DNA of 64,000 nt from an uncultured Verrucomicrobiae bacterium (GCA_963756875.1 CAVWPA010000003.1:128001-192000); one strand, 5' to 3'; shown: positions 1-10,440, counted from the stretch's first letter. The notes: generated by a model not told the origin, from the sequence alone. Numbers and translations: made by a program.

Positions 1-2188
1 GCGGTCTGCCGGCTTTGCGTCGTGCAAATCTACGGGCAAAAGCGGGGCCGCCGCGCCGCGGAGCGTAAACTGTTGCCGGCGTGCCAGCACCAGGTCAGAG
101 ACGGGATGGAAGTTTTCACCATGAACGCTCCCGGCCCCGATGGCGACCGAGTTCGGCAGACGGTGAAAGTCGTGACAGAACTTTTGGCGGCGGATCATCT
201 CAAGCCGGCCCATCCTCCGGAGCTGGAGCAGGAACTCGCGCATTTCAATGAGCTCGGCCAGATGTCGGAACGATGCGGCGCCGATCCGTCGCGCTTCAAG
301 CTGGAGATGCTCTCGAATCCGCCGCCGCCCGCGCGGCCGCGCGCCGGCCGGCGCGAATACGATACTTCTTCTCCCGTCTTCCTGGTCGATCATAGCGCCT
401 GCATTCTGTGCGACCGATGTGTGCGGGCGTGTGACGATGTCAGGGAAAACCACGTCATTGGACGGACCGGAAAAGGAGCAACCGCCGGAATTGGCTTCGA
501 TCTGAATGTTCCGATGGGTCAATCGACCTGCGTGCAATGCGGCGAATGCCTGGTCTCCTGTCCCACCAGCGCCATCACATTCAAGTCCGTCGCTCAGATT
601 GATATCCGCACCAAGGATCGATCCGCCGAAGTGCTGAGGGCAAGAGAGTTGATTTCCGATCCCATTTTCGCGGGAATTTCACCCAAGTTTTTGCTCTGGC
701 AGCGGGGTTTGGTCATCCGCCGGCGGGTCAAAGCCGGCCAGGTCCTGTGCCGGCCAGGGAGATCCCGGCAACACCGCGTTCATCATTCGGCGAGGCAGGT
801 TCAAAGTCACCGTCTATCCGAGGGCGCCGGGATCGGGTCAGGCCATTCCGTGGTTTCATCGCCAAAAGCCGGTCTTCGAACGGCAACTGACTCCCGCAGA
901 CATGATCGTCGGCGAGATGGCCTGTTTGAGCGGATCGCCGCGCGCCGCGAACGTGACAGCGCTGGAAGAAGGCGAAGTCTGGGAGATCCGCCGCAACGTG
1001 CTCGATCGGTTGATGCGACTCCCGAGCCAACGCCGGCGATTCGAAACCGAATACCGGGAACGCTCCCTGGACCTCGCTTTGCAGGACACAGACTTGTTCA
1101 AGGGAATCGAACAGGAGGAGTACGGGCGCATCGTGGACTACCTTCGGCATCGCCTTGCCTTCGTTCGTGTTCATGCAGGCCAAACCCTTTTCGAGCACGG
1201 CGACGTCGCGACCCACTTGTATTTCGTTAGGCTCGGCCATGTCCGCATCAGCGTTTCTCAATACGGCAGGGAAGCCAAGGTGATCTCGTCGGGGCCCGGC
1301 ACAGTCCTGGGCGAGATTGGGCTTCTGGCATTTACTCCCGGGGATAACCAAAAATCCGTAGACGAAATCGATCGGGCCCTGAAAGTGGCGCTCGATCGAG
1401 CAGGCGGCGATTTTAGCCATGCTTTTCCGCCCGGCACGCGAACGGCCACCTGCTCCGCCTTGAACCATCTGGAGTTAGCGCAGCTCAGTCGTACCGATTT
1501 TCTCGAGATGTTATCGAAGTTCGGGGTCCTTCGCCGCAGAATCGTGGAGCAATCTCTCGCTCGTTTGCACAGCTCGAACGTCGGGCATCGGCTCCTTGAT
1601 ACCTACGTCGCGCAAGGCCTCTACGAGGGCCAGAGCGTTCTCGTGCTCGATCTGGATAATTGCACGCGATGCGACGCATGCACCCGGGGCTGCGTCGAGC
1701 AGCATGGGACAGCGACCCACGGCATTCCCATCCCACGCCTGCTCCGCGACGGACGGCGCCTGGATCGTTTCATGATCGCGACCTCCTGCCGGTCCTGCAC
1801 CGATCCACATTGCATGGTCGGATGCCCGGTCGATTCCATTCATCGAGGCAAACATCTTCAGATCGTAATCGAGGACCATTGTATAGGGTGCGGCTTATGC
1901 GCTGAAAACTGCCCTTATGGCAGTATCTTTATGATACCTAACGAGCGAAACCGCGTTGCCATGCCTGACCTCGGGCACGCCGGGCAAACCCACATCGTCG
2001 GCCAGCTTAAGGCCGCCAATTGCGATCTATGCGATGCGAGGGGTGAGCTATCCTCGCCGCGGCCAGCGTGTGTCGCCGCGTGTCCGCACGATGCTGCCTT
2101 CCGTTTGACCGGGCCGGAACTGCTCGAGCGCGTGATGAAAGCGCACGCGCAGGAAACTCAATGGGGAATTCCTCCTGGCGCCGTTTAG
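1..2188 (+). CDS. 5'-truncated, frameshifted fusion: NuoG/FdhF-like N-terminal Fe-S region, two cyclic-nucleotide-binding domains and a C-terminal multi-[4Fe-4S] domain
   Basis: Frame +1 reads AVCRLCVV...LLPAC, CILCDRCVRAC and CVQCGECLVSCP. Skipping one C at about 754 restores VLCR-QGDPGNTAFII (cNMP motif) and joins ORF 902..2188 (GEMACL..PRAA, GEIGLL..RTAT, CTRCDAC, CRSC, CIGCGLC, CDLC). Confidence 0.8.
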
Positions 2189-2230
2189 AAAAAATCGACT
2201 GCAGGTCTCTCTTTCCGAGCGTCGAGCAAA

Positions 2231-2815
2231 TCAGGTCGTCGAAGCGGGTGGTGCAATCGGTTTTGCCGCAGCCGCAGCTTTCTTTGCCGCAGCAGCGGCC
2301 GCCGCTTCGGCAAGTTTCGCATCGACATCCGCCGCCTCAACCGGATGAATCCTGTGATAGTATTCGTTCGATTTCGACAGGTCGCCCTTGAGCATCAGCA
2401 ACGCGTCGAACCGCTCCCGCGTGCTAAGCTCGAATTCCTTGTCCATTTTGATCGCCTCAAACGGACAGACCTCGACACAAATCTGGCAGCTCATGCAGAC
2501 GGAGACGTCAATGTCGAAGACCGCCGGATAAAATTGCGGTTTGCCGATGTAATCGGGCTTTTTGTCCGTGCTCTTGGTGATGTAGATGCACTGCGGCGGA
2601 CATTCTTTCTCGCAAATCTTGCACGCCACGCAGCGCAGTCCCGCGTCGGGATCGTCCCCGTCGTAAATCAGAAACGGAAAATTGCGGTAGTTCTCCGGCA
2701 GCGGGTCGCGCTCCTCCGGATATTGCACCGTGATCAGCCGGTCCTTTTCGAAATAACTTCCGACGAAGTTCCGGGCCGTAACGGCCATCCCTTTAAGTAT
2801 GCCTGTGCCGATCAT
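2231..2815 (-). CDS. nuoI: NADH-quinone oxidoreductase subunit I
   Basis: TVQYPEE, CVACKICEKECP and CMSCQICVEVCP motifs; last gene of the nuo run. Confidence 0.9.
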   Translation of the reverse strand: MIGTGILKGMAVTARNFVGSYFEKDRLITVQYPEERDPLPENYRNFPFLIYDGDDPDAGLRCVACKICEKECPPQCIYITKSTDKKPDYIGKPQFYPAVFDIDVSVCMSCQICVEVCPFEAIKMDKEFELSTRERFDALLMLKGDLSKSNEYYHRIHPVEAADVDAKLAEAAAAAAAKKAAAAAKPIAPPASTT

Positions 2816-2826
2816 GACAGATGAAA

Positions 2827-2913
2827 GATACTAGATTCTGGATGCTTGATACTGGATAACCGCGTCCTCGCCGGCCTGCGACGTCCAGCATCTAGAATTG
2901 AGGATCCAGCATC
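2827..2913. repeat. Heptamer-periodic imperfect palindrome (GATRCTG-type units)
   Basis: gatacta-gattctg-gatgctt-gatactg opposite tccagca-tctagaa-ttgagga-tccagca. Confidence 0.7.
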
Positions 2914-2921
2914 GTTTTTCA

Positions 2922-4082
2922 TCAGCGGTCCACTTCTCCCATCACAATATCGACACTGCCAAGAATTACCATCACGTCGGGCACGGTGTGGCCAAGGCAC
3001 ATGTCTTCCAGAATCGTCAGGTTGATGAAACTGGGCGGGCGCACACGATATCGGTACGGACCCGGTCCACCGTCGCTGATCAAATAGAAACCGAGCTCGC
3101 CTTTGGGTGCCTCGATGCGGCCGTACGCCTCGCCGACCGGCGGCTTGAAAGCGCGGAGCTTCACCTTCGGATTCACGATCGGGCCGGCCGGAATTTGCTC
3201 CAAAGCCTGCTTTAAAATCCCGACGCTCTCGCGCATTTCCAGGCTGCGCATCATCAACCGGTCGTATGTGTCGCCATGCTCGCCCAGGGGAATACGAAAC
3301 TTAAAGCGCGGGTAAAATCCGTAGCCGTCTACTTTGCGCACGTCGTAATTCACGCCGCTTGCGCGCAGCATGGGGCCGGTGATTCCGGCGCTGATGGCCA
3401 GATCGGCGGGAATCTTTCCCACGTTTTGTGTGCGGGCGATGACGATTTCGTTCCCGATGACCAAATCGTCCAGCTCGTCGATAAAGCGGGGAAAGCGATC
3501 GGCAATTTCCTTCGCGCGAGCGAGCCATTCCGGCGTCGTATCCACGCGGCAGCCGCCGAACCGCATGTAGTCGCACATCATGCGCGAACCGGAGAGCGAT
3601 TCGAATAAATCGAGAATCTTTTCGCGCTCCCGAAACGCGTACATCAACGGTGTGCCCCACGCGCCCATGTCGCTGAGTAGAAATCCAAGCAGCGAAGCGT
3701 GGTTCTGGAGTCGAGTCAGTTCCGCGAGAATAATTCTCAGATATTCCGCGCGTTCGGGCACTTCGATCCCGGCAAGCTTCTCCACGCTCAACGCGTAGGC
3801 CCAGTTGTTCGTCATCGAGCAAAAATAATCGAGGCGATCGGTGTACGGCATCGAACCGAGATAGCTCGTGTTCTCGCCGATCTTCTCGTGATTGCGATGC
3901 AGATACCCGAAAACCGGCTTGAGCTTGCGCACGATCTCGCCATCGAGCGCAACGTTCATGCGAAAGACACCGTGAGTCGACGGGTGCTGCGGCCCCATCG
4001 ATACTTCGAGCAGTTCGCCATCCAGCCGGGAGCTCATCCCCGCTGGCGCTTGCTCAAGTTCTTGAAAACCTGTCGCGCTCAT
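2922..4082 (-). CDS. nuoD: NADH-quinone oxidoreductase subunit D
   Basis: [24 protein letters not shown] and C-terminal GEVDR; start placed at ATG 4082. Confidence 0.95.
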   Translation of the reverse strand: MSATGFQELEQAPAGMSSRLDGELLEVSMGPQHPSTHGVFRMNVALDGEIVRKLKPVFGYLHRNHEKIGENTSYLGSMPYTDRLDYFCSMTNNWAYALSVEKLAGIEVPERAEYLRIILAELTRLQNHASLLGFLLSDMGAWGTPLMYAFREREKILDLFESLSGSRMMCDYMRFGGCRVDTTPEWLARAKEIADRFPRFIDELDDLVIGNEIVIARTQNVGKIPADLAISAGITGPMLRASGVNYDVRKVDGYGFYPRFKFRIPLGEHGDTYDRLMMRSLEMRESVGILKQALEQIPAGPIVNPKVKLRAFKPPVGEAYGRIEAPKGELGFYLISDGGPGPYRYRVRPPSFINLTILEDMCLGHTVPDVMVILGSVDIVMGEVDR

Positions 4083-4103
4083 TTTATTCAAGGAATTCAA
4101 ACC

Positions 4104-4266
4104 AGCCACAGATGAACACAGATTGACACAGATTTGGATTCTTGTTCCTTCTTCATCTGTGTTTGAAACTCGCTCGTCTCCCCGACTCGCTCGCCGCTAC
4201 CCTGCGCGGCTTTACCTTCTATGTCGCTTATGCCATTCGCTCCATTCATCTGTGTGAATCTGTGGC
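4104..4266. repeat. ACACAGAT-periodic palindromic repeat
   Basis: agccacagatgaacacagattgacacagat ... catctgtgtgaatctgtggc; overlaps the nuoC stop codon. Confidence 0.8.
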
Positions 4267-4920
4267 CGTGATATTTTCCGCGCCGTCCAATTGCGGCCGC
4301 GGCGGATAATGCTGTTTCGCTCTCTCCAGCACGTGATCGTGCGGCGTCGGTTCGTATTCGTAATCGTCCGGCTCGCGATAATCTTTCCGCATCGGATAAT
4401 CGACAAACTCGTCCCACATTAAAATGCGGCGCAGGTCAGGATGGCCGTCGAAGCGGATACCGTAGAGATCGAAAATTTCGCGTTCCTGAAATTCGGCGCT
4501 CCGCCAAATTGGCGTGAGCGAAGGCAACCGCGCGCCATCTGCGCGATCCCGCGTCCGCATTCGGATCACGACTGGCCCATGTTTGCGCTCCATCGAATAA
4601 AGGTGATAGACCGCTTCGAGATACCCGGGGATTTTTTCCTCGGTCGTTTGATCGATCTCTTTCTCCACGCCATCGACGGTCTGTTTCACTTTCACCGTTT
4701 TCTTTACCGTGCGATCGAGCCAATCGACACCGGTCGCATTCGAACAGAAATCGAATCGCAATGTTGGATCGTCGCGCAGAAACCGCGCGACTGCCTCCGC
4801 ATGTTCGTGGTCGATCAGGAGCGACGGTTGATTCGCCGGGCCCGGATTCGGCACGGTGTCGATCTTCGCCCCGGGCACAGCGCCTTGCGCGCGTGTCTTA
4901 ATTTGCTCGAGAGTTTCCAT
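4246..4920 (-). CDS. nuoC: NADH-quinone oxidoreductase subunit C
   Basis: EREIFDLYGIRFDGHPDLRRIL..YPMRKDY. Confidence 0.95.
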   Translation of the reverse strand: METLEQIKTRAQGAVPGAKIDTVPNPGPANQPSLLIDHEHAEAVARFLRDDPTLRFDFCSNATGVDWLDRTVKKTVKVKQTVDGVEKEIDQTTEEKIPGYLEAVYHLYSMERKHGPVVIRMRTRDRADGARLPSLTPIWRSAEFQEREIFDLYGIRFDGHPDLRRILMWDEFVDYPMRKDYREPDDYEYEPTPHDHVLERAKQHYPPRPQLDGAENITATDSHR

Positions 4921-4943
4921 TCCTTAAAGGCAAATTCCTTCTC

Positions 4944-5044
4944 AGCCACAGACGGACACAGATTTACACGGATTTTTCTGCCGAGTCCTGCATCCTGAGC
5001 ACCATGTTCTTTTATCTGTGTTTAATCGGTGTTAATCGGTGGCT
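4944..5044. repeat. ACACAGAT-periodic palindromic repeat, second copy
   Basis: agccacagacggacacagatttacacggat ... atctgtgtttaatcggtgttaatcggtggct. Confidence 0.8.
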
Positions 5045-5047
5045 AAA

Positions 5048-5680
5048 TTAGCTTTTCGCATCTCGCTCCACTTTCGCTGGGTGAAAAACGTCCGGGTTCG
5101 TTGATGGTTCCAGATCGTGCTCACCAAAACGCGGCACCGGAAATTCGCTCGGCTGGTTGGGATCGAGAAAATCGGCCTTGTCGGGGCCGGTCAGCTTCTG
5201 ATCGTCGATCTTGTGCTGCAGTTCCATGAACGCGTGCAGCAAAGCTTCCGGGCGGGGCGGGCAACCAGGGATATAAACATCGACCGGAATATAACGGTCG
5301 ATGCCTTTCAAAACGTTGTAGCCCTGTTTGAAGGGACCGCCTGAGATCGCGCACGCGCCCATGGCAATGACATATTTCGGATCGGGCATCTGGTTATAAA
5401 GCCGCACAATCTGCGGCGCCATTTTTTTGGTCACCGTGCCGGCCACGATCATCAGATCGGCCTGGCGCGGCGAGGGCCGGAAAACTTCGCCACCGAACCG
5501 CGCGAGATCGTAACGCGACGCAGCAGCAGCAATCATTTCGATGGCACAACAGGCCAGGCCAAACTGGAGCGGCCAGATGGAATTCCTGCGTCCCCAGTTG
5601 TACAAGTCTTGCATCGAAGTCGCCCAGACGCCCTGCCGTTGCAGCTCGGTACGCAGCTTCTCGTCGATTTCTTCTTTCAT
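5048..5680 (-). CDS. nuoB: NADH-quinone oxidoreductase subunit B
   Basis: [33 protein letters not shown]. Confidence 0.95.
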   Translation of the reverse strand: MKEEIDEKLRTELQRQGVWATSMQDLYNWGRRNSIWPLQFGLACCAIEMIAAAASRYDLARFGGEVFRPSPRQADLMIVAGTVTKKMAPQIVRLYNQMPDPKYVIAMGACAISGGPFKQGYNVLKGIDRYIPVDVYIPGCPPRPEALLHAFMELQHKIDDQKLTGPDKADFLDPNQPSEFPVPRFGEHDLEPSTNPDVFHPAKVERDAKS

Positions 5681-5696
5681 GTTTCTCTTGAAGGCT

Positions 5697-6086
5697 TCAA
5701 TCGCTCAACGGTTCACCCTGCCAATGTAGACAACCTTTTCCCCACGCCCAAACCAGACCCTCGATTAACAGGAACAGGAAAACCAGGATCGCAACGAACG
5801 CGCCCACCGATAAACCAGTGAAAGCGACCGCAAACGGGACCAGAAAAATCGCCTCTACGTCGAAGACCAGGAAGATGATGGCGTAAAGATAATACTGCGA
5901 CTGGAACTGGATCTGTGCCTCGCCTAACGACTCGACGCCGCATTCGTAGGTCGCGTTTTTTTCCGGACCCGGCCTGGGCGGCTGGAAAAATCTTCTCCAC
6001 AGCCATGCCAGCGCGAGAGGGATCAGCGGGAACACCAGGGCAACACCAATAAAAACGACGATGAAAAAATACGGATTCGGATTCAC
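5697..6086 (-). CDS. nuoA: NADH-quinone oxidoreductase subunit A
   Basis: K.ATYECG and [14 protein letters not shown] motifs with three hydrophobic segments; start placed at GTG 6086. Confidence 0.9.
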   Translation of the reverse strand: MNPNPYFFIVVFIGVALVFPLIPLALAWLWRRFFQPPRPGPEKNATYECGVESLGEAQIQFQSQYYLYAIIFLVFDVEAIFLVPFAVAFTGLSVGAFVAILVFLFLLIEGLVWAWGKGCLHWQGEPLSD

Positions 6087-6172
6087 GAAATTCGACCTGT
6101 TCCAATTTACAGCAAAGGGCGGCGCGGCACAGGTTTTTTTAGGCGTAGCGATGAATCTCCAGCCGCCGGCCT

Positions 6173-7351
6173 CTAGCGGTCCTCTCTCGACTGCCGGCTC
6201 GCGACAAGAACGACAGGCAGCGCTGCGAGCTGGCTGATGACGGAAAACAGGACGACGGCCGTGATCGATCGGTCGTAGAGAAAACCCATTAAAGCGCTTC
6301 CGAGGAACCACGCGACGCCAAAGCCGGTGTCAAAAAGCCCGAACCCGGTGCTTCGTTTGCGCGCCGGAATAATTCTCGTCAACGCCGCCTTCAACAATGA
6401 ATCCTGGCCGCCCATGCCGATTCCCCAAAGCACCATCCCAGCCAGCGCAAGGCCGGGTCCTCCGAAAAAAACAAAGGGCGCGAACAAAGCGCCCAGAAAA
6501 AAGACCAGCACCATGATTGGCGCCCCCGCTCTGTCATACGCGCGTCCGAAGATCAGCGAACTAAGCGCTCCCATTGCCATCGCCACGGAGTAAAAGACCG
6601 GGACAGCGCTTTTCGACAGAACGTTCGCCTTTTCGAAATGAAATGCGATCAGGGAAAAATCTGCGAAACCGGCGGCAATGAGCGCGCCCGCCCCCAGATA
6701 AATCCAGTATGCAGTTGGAAACGCTTTTTCTTGAACCTCGGAATCCGACCTGGTCTCCAGTTCATGCGGCCGCGGATGAAAAATCCGCGCCACAACGAGC
6801 GTGGCGAGACAAAGCAGCGCAGACCCCAAAAGAACGGCGAACGCATGCTGGTAGGTGCCGTGCAAAAAGAGAACAAGCGCAACCACGAGCGGACCAATCG
6901 TCGCACCCGCCTGATCGAGCGCTTCGTTCAAGCCGAAGACCCAGCCTGCGCCAATCGATTCGCCCGCATGCGAAAGCATGGAATCGACAGCCGGCTTCCG
7001 GATGGCCCGCCCGGTCCGTTCGGCGACGATCAACACGGCGGCGGCGGGCCAGTTGCCTGCAAGAGCGAGGGCGGGAACGGCCAGCATGTTCACCGCGTAT
7101 CCAATAAAAGTCAGCAGCCAGTATCTGGCCGTGCGATCCGCGAAATAGCCGGACACCGATCGCAAACCGAAGCCGATCAACTCGCCAAACCCGGCGATAA
7201 AGCCGACCGCTGTCGCACTTGCGCCCAGTGCCTCGAGGAATTCACCGGTAATTCCGCGCCCGCCTTCATAGGTGAGATCGGCAAACAGGTTTACGATGCC
7301 GACCAGGAGGACGAATTGAAGCGCCGCTTTTGCTCTGCCGCTTTTCGCCAT
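6173..7351 (-). CDS. MFS transporter
   Basis: 392-aa multi-TM protein with a GYFADR loop motif. Confidence 0.85.
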   Translation of the reverse strand: MAKSGRAKAALQFVLLVGIVNLFADLTYEGGRGITGEFLEALGASATAVGFIAGFGELIGFGLRSVSGYFADRTARYWLLTFIGYAVNMLAVPALALAGNWPAAAVLIVAERTGRAIRKPAVDSMLSHAGESIGAGWVFGLNEALDQAGATIGPLVVALVLFLHGTYQHAFAVLLGSALLCLATLVVARIFHPRPHELETRSDSEVQEKAFPTAYWIYLGAGALIAAGFADFSLIAFHFEKANVLSKSAVPVFYSVAMAMGALSSLIFGRAYDRAGAPIMVLVFFLGALFAPFVFFGGPGLALAGMVLWGIGMGGQDSLLKAALTRIIPARKRSTGFGLFDTGFGVAWFLGSALMGFLYDRSITAVVLFSVISQLAALPVVLVASRQSREDR

Positions 7352-7367
7352 GAAACAGGCGGACCGG

Positions 7368-7850
7368 CTAAGAAGGTGCAGATTTCCGGCTCGCCCGCAA
7401 GATCACCGCGTCGAGCGACAAAGCGCCCGCGCCGACGAGGAGGAGAAAAAGGGAACCGAACCACATTGCAAAATCGGCGCGCCCCTGGTGAATCATGCTC
7501 AGGAACCCGTAACGCGGCAGTTTCTCCAGCGAAAATCCCCAGAACCCGTAGCCAAGGAGGATGGGAATTTTTGTGGAGAGAATCGCCACGCTAATCTCAA
7601 TCCAGAGAACAATCGACGCCAGTCGCGTAAGCAAACCGAAAATAAGAAATACGCCGCAGATTATTTCTACGCCGGCGACGAACGGTCCCATCGCTTCCGG
7701 CCTGGGAATGCCGATCCTGGCAAATCGTCCGGCGCCGAGATCGGCCGGATAGAAGAACTTCAGAATGCCTTCCGCCAGGAACACGCCGCCCACCACGATG
7801 CGAATGAGGAAGGTGGCTGCAGAGGCCTTTGTGGCGAATAACCAGCGCAT
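7368..7850 (-). CDS. DoxX family membrane protein
   Basis: LIRIVVGGVF..GILK, GLLTRLA, GAGALSLD. Confidence 0.85.
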   Translation of the reverse strand: MRWLFATKASAATFLIRIVVGGVFLAEGILKFFYPADLGAGRFARIGIPRPEAMGPFVAGVEIICGVFLIFGLLTRLASIVLWIEISVAILSTKIPILLGYGFWGFSLEKLPRYGFLSMIHQGRADFAMWFGSLFLLLVGAGALSLDAVILRASRKSAPS

Positions 7851-7987
7851 TGTCAGACTGTAGGAGTAAACTGCGCCAGATTGTAAATGCCCAGCTTTTT
7901 TTCAATGCCGGCAACTTTGTCCACCAGCCGGGACAACCCGCCGCACCTTGACGGAACGGCGCGCAGGTTCAGGTTGGTTCTGTCGCA

Positions 7988-9820
7988 ATGAGAACGGTTT
8001 GGCGTGTTTTTGCTTATCTGAAGCGTTATCCATGGCTGGCCATGGGCACGCTGGCCTGCGCCATCACGGGCACGCTCATGGTGATCGTCTTTCCCGCGGT
8101 CACCAAGCGAATCATCGACGACGTCTTGCGCGGGCATCATCCGGAGAAACTGCTGCCACTCATCTTGCTGGCAGCCGCCGCTTTTCTCATCCAGCACGCG
8201 TTCGATGCACTCCGGCTCATCTTGAACAACACGTTTGAACAAAAAGTGATTTTCGACCTGCGAAGCGATCTCTATTCGCACATTCAATTGCTTCCGTTGC
8301 GCTGGTTCGACAATCGCGCCACCGGCGACCTGATGACGCGCGTGATCGAGGATGTGAACTCGGTCGAGCGCGTCCTGATCGACGGCATCGAACAAGGCGC
8401 AGTCGCGGTGTTGCAGATCGTCATCGTCATCTGTGTGATGTTTTATTTCAACGCGAAGCTGGCGCTGCTTGCGCTGGTTCCATTTCCATTTTTGATCGGT
8501 GGCGCGTTGAGTTACACGCTGACAGCCCATCGGCGATATCGATTGCAACGCCGGGCCGCGTCGGACATGAACGCGCTGTTGCACGATAATCTTTCCGGCG
8601 TCCGCCAGATCAAAAGTTTCGTGCGCGAAAAGGAGGAACACACGCGATTCAATCGCGTCAGCGACCGGCTTCGCCGCGCCACACTCGTGGTGATGCGGGT
8701 CTGGGCCATTTACAAACCTTCGATGTCGATGTTCGAAGCAGCCGGCGCTGTGATTGTGCTCGGATTCGGCAGTCACGCGGTGCTGACAGGCACAATGCAG
8801 CTTGGCAATCTGGTCGCCTTCCTGATGCTGACTGCGTTCCTTTACGATCCGGTCAGCCGGTTGCATCAGCTCAATCAACTTGTTCAGGCGGGACGGGCGG
8901 CAGGCGAACGCGTTTTTGAAATTCTCGACGAACCGATCGAGCCCGGTTGGGACGCGGACGCCGGCCAGATGCGCGTCGTTGGGGACATTCGCTACGAGGA
9001 CGTCAGTTTCAGTTACGCGGAAGGGCTTCCTGCCCTGCGGCATATCTCGCTGCACGCCCGGCCAGGCCAAACCATCGCGCTCGTCGGCGCAACCGGCGCA
9101 GGCAAGACCACCCTGGTCAATTTGCTTGCGCGCTTTTACGAATTCACCGAGGGCGAAATTTATGTCGATGAAAAAACGATCCGCCAATTCGGCGTGCGGG
9201 CTCTGCGTGAAAACATCGGTCTCGTGACGCAGGAAAGTTTCCTTTTCAACGGCTCGATCCGGGAAAACCTGTTAATGGGAAAGCCGGGCGCAACCGAGCC
9301 CGAAATATGGCGCGCGGTGGAAGCCGCCAATGCGCGGGAATTCATCGAGAGGTTGCCGGATCGCCTGGAAAGCGTGGTGGGCGAGCGGGGCGTAAAATTA
9401 AGCGTCGGCGAGAAGCAACGGCTCTCGATTGCGCGCGCGCTTTTGAAGGATCCACCAATCTTGATTCTCGACGAAGCGACCGCCAGCGTGGACACCGCAA
9501 CGGAGCGATTGATCCAGGAAGCACTCGATCATCTCATGGCCAATCGGACATCGATCGTGATCGCGCACCGGCTTTCCACAATTGTGCGCGCAGACCAGAT
9601 TCTCGTGCTCGATCGCGGACGCATCGTCGAGCGCGGACGACACGAAGAATTGATCGCGCGCGGCGGAAGATATGCCCGACTGTGCGAACAGAGTCTGCTG
9701 GAGGTCCCAGGCGCGCGCGACCTCGGAACGGCTGAGCGAAGTTCCATAGAGCCGGCCGTCGTTTCCAGCGAGGCCAAAAACGTTTCGGAGGAAGACGACG
9801 AGATTACTCTTCCGACGTAG
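7988..9820 (+). CDS. ABC exporter, fused permease/ATPase (MsbA-like)
   Basis: N-terminal TM domain; GATGAGKTT, LSVGEKQR, ILDEAT, AHRL. Confidence 0.92.
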   Translation: MRTVWRVFAYLKRYPWLAMGTLACAITGTLMVIVFPAVTKRIIDDVLRGHHPEKLLPLILLAAAAFLIQHAFDALRLILNNTFEQKVIFDLRSDLYSHIQLLPLRWFDNRATGDLMTRVIEDVNSVERVLIDGIEQGAVAVLQIVIVICVMFYFNAKLALLALVPFPFLIGGALSYTLTAHRRYRLQRRAASDMNALLHDNLSGVRQIKSFVREKEEHTRFNRVSDRLRRATLVVMRVWAIYKPSMSMFEAAGAVIVLGFGSHAVLTGTMQLGNLVAFLMLTAFLYDPVSRLHQLNQLVQAGRAAGERVFEILDEPIEPGWDADAGQMRVVGDIRYEDVSFSYAEGLPALRHISLHARPGQTIALVGATGAGKTTLVNLLARFYEFTEGEIYVDEKTIRQFGVRALRENIGLVTQESFLFNGSIRENLLMGKPGATEPEIWRAVEAANAREFIERLPDRLESVVGERGVKLSVGEKQRLSIARALLKDPPILILDEATASVDTATERLIQEALDHLMANRTSIVIAHRLSTIVRADQILVLDRGRIVERGRHEELIARGGRYARLCEQSLLEVPGARDLGTAERSSIEPAVVSSEAKNVSEEDDEITLPT

Positions 9821-9863
9821 CTGCCGGCCGGAATCCGGCGACCGCCGAGACGGTGCCGCTACG
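9816..9863. repeat. GTAG-bounded REP-like element between convergent genes
   Basis: cgtagc...gctacg ends contain the TAG stops of both flanking genes. Confidence 0.55.
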
Positions 9864-10428
9864 TGATCTGCTGGTGCTCCTGGAAAAGCTCCTGGTATTT
9901 GCGTTCCAGCTCCGCGTAACGGCGCTCGACTTCCTCCAGCGCGCGACGTTCTTCACGCAAACTTTGCTCCAGGTCGCGAATGCGTTCCGGCATGTCGATT
10001 GAAATGCCGCTTGCTGCGGGCTCGTTGGAAATGTTGGGCTCCGTCTCCTCACTCGAGGCGAAGGGAGTTTGGTCGCCGAGTTGCAGCATGGCCGACATTT
10101 CCAGGACCTGCCGCCGCGTTCCGTCGCAGGAATTGATTACGAATGTTTCTTCATTGATTTCGCCAAGGCGAATAAACTCCTGGATCGCACCAAGCGTGGT
10201 CGGCCCGTAGTAGCGTTCACTGGTAATTTCCACCAGCCAATCCATACCCAGTTCCGGGACCATCGGCGCTTTGATCCAGCTTCTCTGATCGCCCGAAACC
10301 ATGTCGTGCGGGGCTACCTGGGCGGCCGATGCCCACCGCGCAAGCTGTTCAAACGAAAGTGGCCCGAAAATGGTGCCGTCTTCGTGCTTGCGCAGGAACC
10401 AGCTTTGAGTCGTGGCCGATTCTTCCAT
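9859..10428 (-). CDS. Tandem GYF_2 (DUF4339)-like protein with C-terminal coiled coil
   Basis: Two W-x(n)-[FY]GP repeats (WFLR..FGPLSFEQL; WLVE..YGPTTL) and an EER-rich helix. Confidence 0.6.
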   Translation of the reverse strand: MEESATTQSWFLRKHEDGTIFGPLSFEQLARWASAAQVAPHDMVSGDQRSWIKAPMVPELGMDWLVEITSERYYGPTTLGAIQEFIRLGEINEETFVINSCDGTRRQVLEMSAMLQLGDQTPFASSEETEPNISNEPAASGISIDMPERIRDLEQSLREERRALEEVERRYAELERKYQELFQEHQQIT

Positions 10429-10440
10429 TAATCATTCGCC

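Noticed and set aside
745..765. Programmed ribosomal frameshift in the Fe-S/cNMP gene
   Set aside because: No slippery sequence or stimulatory structure recognised. Mutation or assembly error is simpler.
4104..5044. Periodic repeats as a CRISPR array
   Set aside because: Units are 7-10 nt, inverted and lack unique spacers; no cas genes were seen.
2922..5680. Group 4 [NiFe]-hydrogenase instead of Nuo
   Set aside because: The large subunit lacks the two CxxC nickel-binding motifs and ends GEVDR, as NuoD does.
7853..9187. 444-aa minus-strand ORF, and similar long antisense ORFs at 6638..7594, 17889..18725 and 35228..36046
   Set aside because: Shadow frames of well-supported genes in GC-rich DNA.
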